Notes under the pieces: model-generated
The model's database searches: none
Seen by the model: only the letters and a program-made list of their open reading frames with translations
What the model was told of the DNA's origin: nothing
Shown: piece by piece, positions 62,836 to 64,000 of the stretch
How the letters are laid out: each line of letters begins with the position of its first letter
How positions within the stretch are numbered: position 1 is the stretch's first letter
Assembly: GCA_004022145.1 (NCBI GenBank)
Contig: RCNU01000022.1
DNA length: 64,000 nucleotides
Source: Paecilomyces variotii
Taxonomy: Eukaryota
Strand: one strand, 5' to 3'
Translations under genes and position numbers: made by a program

Positions 62836-64000
62836 ATGGCATCCAAACGCAGGAGCATCGATGGAATTCTAGCTTCATCAGCGTCGGGAACAAGCTTACT
62901 CGTTCTAATCCAAATATTTTCCAAGGGTGTGACATTTGCCGCAAATCAAGTTCTCTTACGAAACATCTCCCCAACGACATTGGGGATATCAATGCACCTC
63001 GATCTGTACTCGGTTACCGCACTGTACTTTTCTAGAGAGAGCATCAGAATTGCGATACAGAGACAACCACCAGATGATCTCACCACCAAAGAAGCGGTTT
63101 CCGTCTCAGATAACGGTCAAGCTTCGGAGCTGAAGCATCAAGCTCGAGATGCAGATGCCGCGTTAGCGTCCAAAAACAGGGCTTCCCAAGTCATTGTGAA
63201 TATGTCTTATGTGTGTCTGGGACTTGGGTTTCCACTTGTCTACTTGCTTGCTACCAGCTATCTCCATGTTGCGCAAAACGAAGTCACGGAATGCCCTTTC
63301 TTTGGAGAGAGTCTCCTTATTATGGGACTTGCTTCACTGCTAGAGCTTGCCACAGAGCCTTTCTTTGCCGTGGTACAGCAACGTATGCTCTACAGAACGC
63401 GGGCGTTAGTTGAAATGATAGCAGCTATCATCAAAAGTCTTCTAACATGTGCCGTTGCTGTCTGGGCCTCTCATGTTGGGCGGGAGGTTGGAGTCTTGCC
63501 AATGGCCCTGGGATATTTAGGCTACTCTCTTGCCCTCATGTCGAGCTATCTTGTTACAATGCTTCCAGTCTCTCGCCAGGAAAACTTCTCCTTCTGTCTC
63601 GTTCCTGTGGATTCAAGGTATGTCCCTTACTACTGCTTTCTTCCAATAAACTCAGGTGGTTGACTCCGAAGTGATGGAACGCATTATCTGGCAAGCCGAT
63701 TTTCACAGCCCCTGGTGTCACTGGGGGCTAGTGCCTTCTTTCAATCTGTTGTAAAGCACATACTCACCCAAGGTGATTCCATGATCCTTGCGGCAATGTC
63801 CAGTCTGGAAGATCAAGGAGTATATACGTTTGCATCTAATTACGGTGGTTTGATTGCGCGCATAATCTTTCAGCCCGTCGAAGATAGCAGTCGCAATCTA
63901 TTTTCCAAACTTCTGGCTTTTGGGAACAATTCAAAACCGGATCCTGAAGCCCTGGCAGCGGCTAAAGCCCATTTAATTGATATTATCCACGTATACTGGA
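62836..64000 (+). CDS. RFT1: Oligosaccharide translocation protein RFT1 (partial, runs off the window end)
   Basis: 'LIQIFSKGVTFAANQVLLR', 'LYFSRESIRIAIQR', 'LELATEPFF'. After intron 63619-63671: 'QSVVKHILTQGD...QGVYTFASNYGGLIARIIFQPVE'. Confidence 0.93.

Overview
Gene-dense, intron-containing chromosomal DNA from a filamentous ascomycete. Gene content and splice signals suggest Eurotiomycetes (Aspergillus/Penicillium-like); the species cannot be fixed from sequence alone. About 25 mostly housekeeping genes are supported: SAGA ADA1, a FUSC/BRE4-like membrane protein, AIP1, mito-S18, CIA84, NAD-GDH, a Vps62-family protein, a TFIIIC subunit, MED14, DPB2, a NASP-like chaperone, Yippee, ODC antizyme, MPE1, HIS7, DCD1, ATG7, MRM2, CSN3, PRO2, RPL18, a mitochondrial carrier, an SR splicing factor, a coiled-coil protein and RFT1 (truncated at the window end). 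No transposon, tRNA/rRNA gene or CRISPR array was recognised. The clearest non-standard signal is a spliced antizyme gene that needs a +1 ribosomal frameshift at CCC-TGA (36154-36149), a known mechanism that the ORF track breaks apart. Further candidates are a stop-containing poison exon in the long first intron of the SR gene, an apparently obligatory GC-AG intron, uORF-rich leaders, a duplicated 16-bp promoter element and a recurrent TAACTAGTTA-type intergenic motif. Gene models were spliced by eye and product calls rest on recalled family motifs, not database searches.
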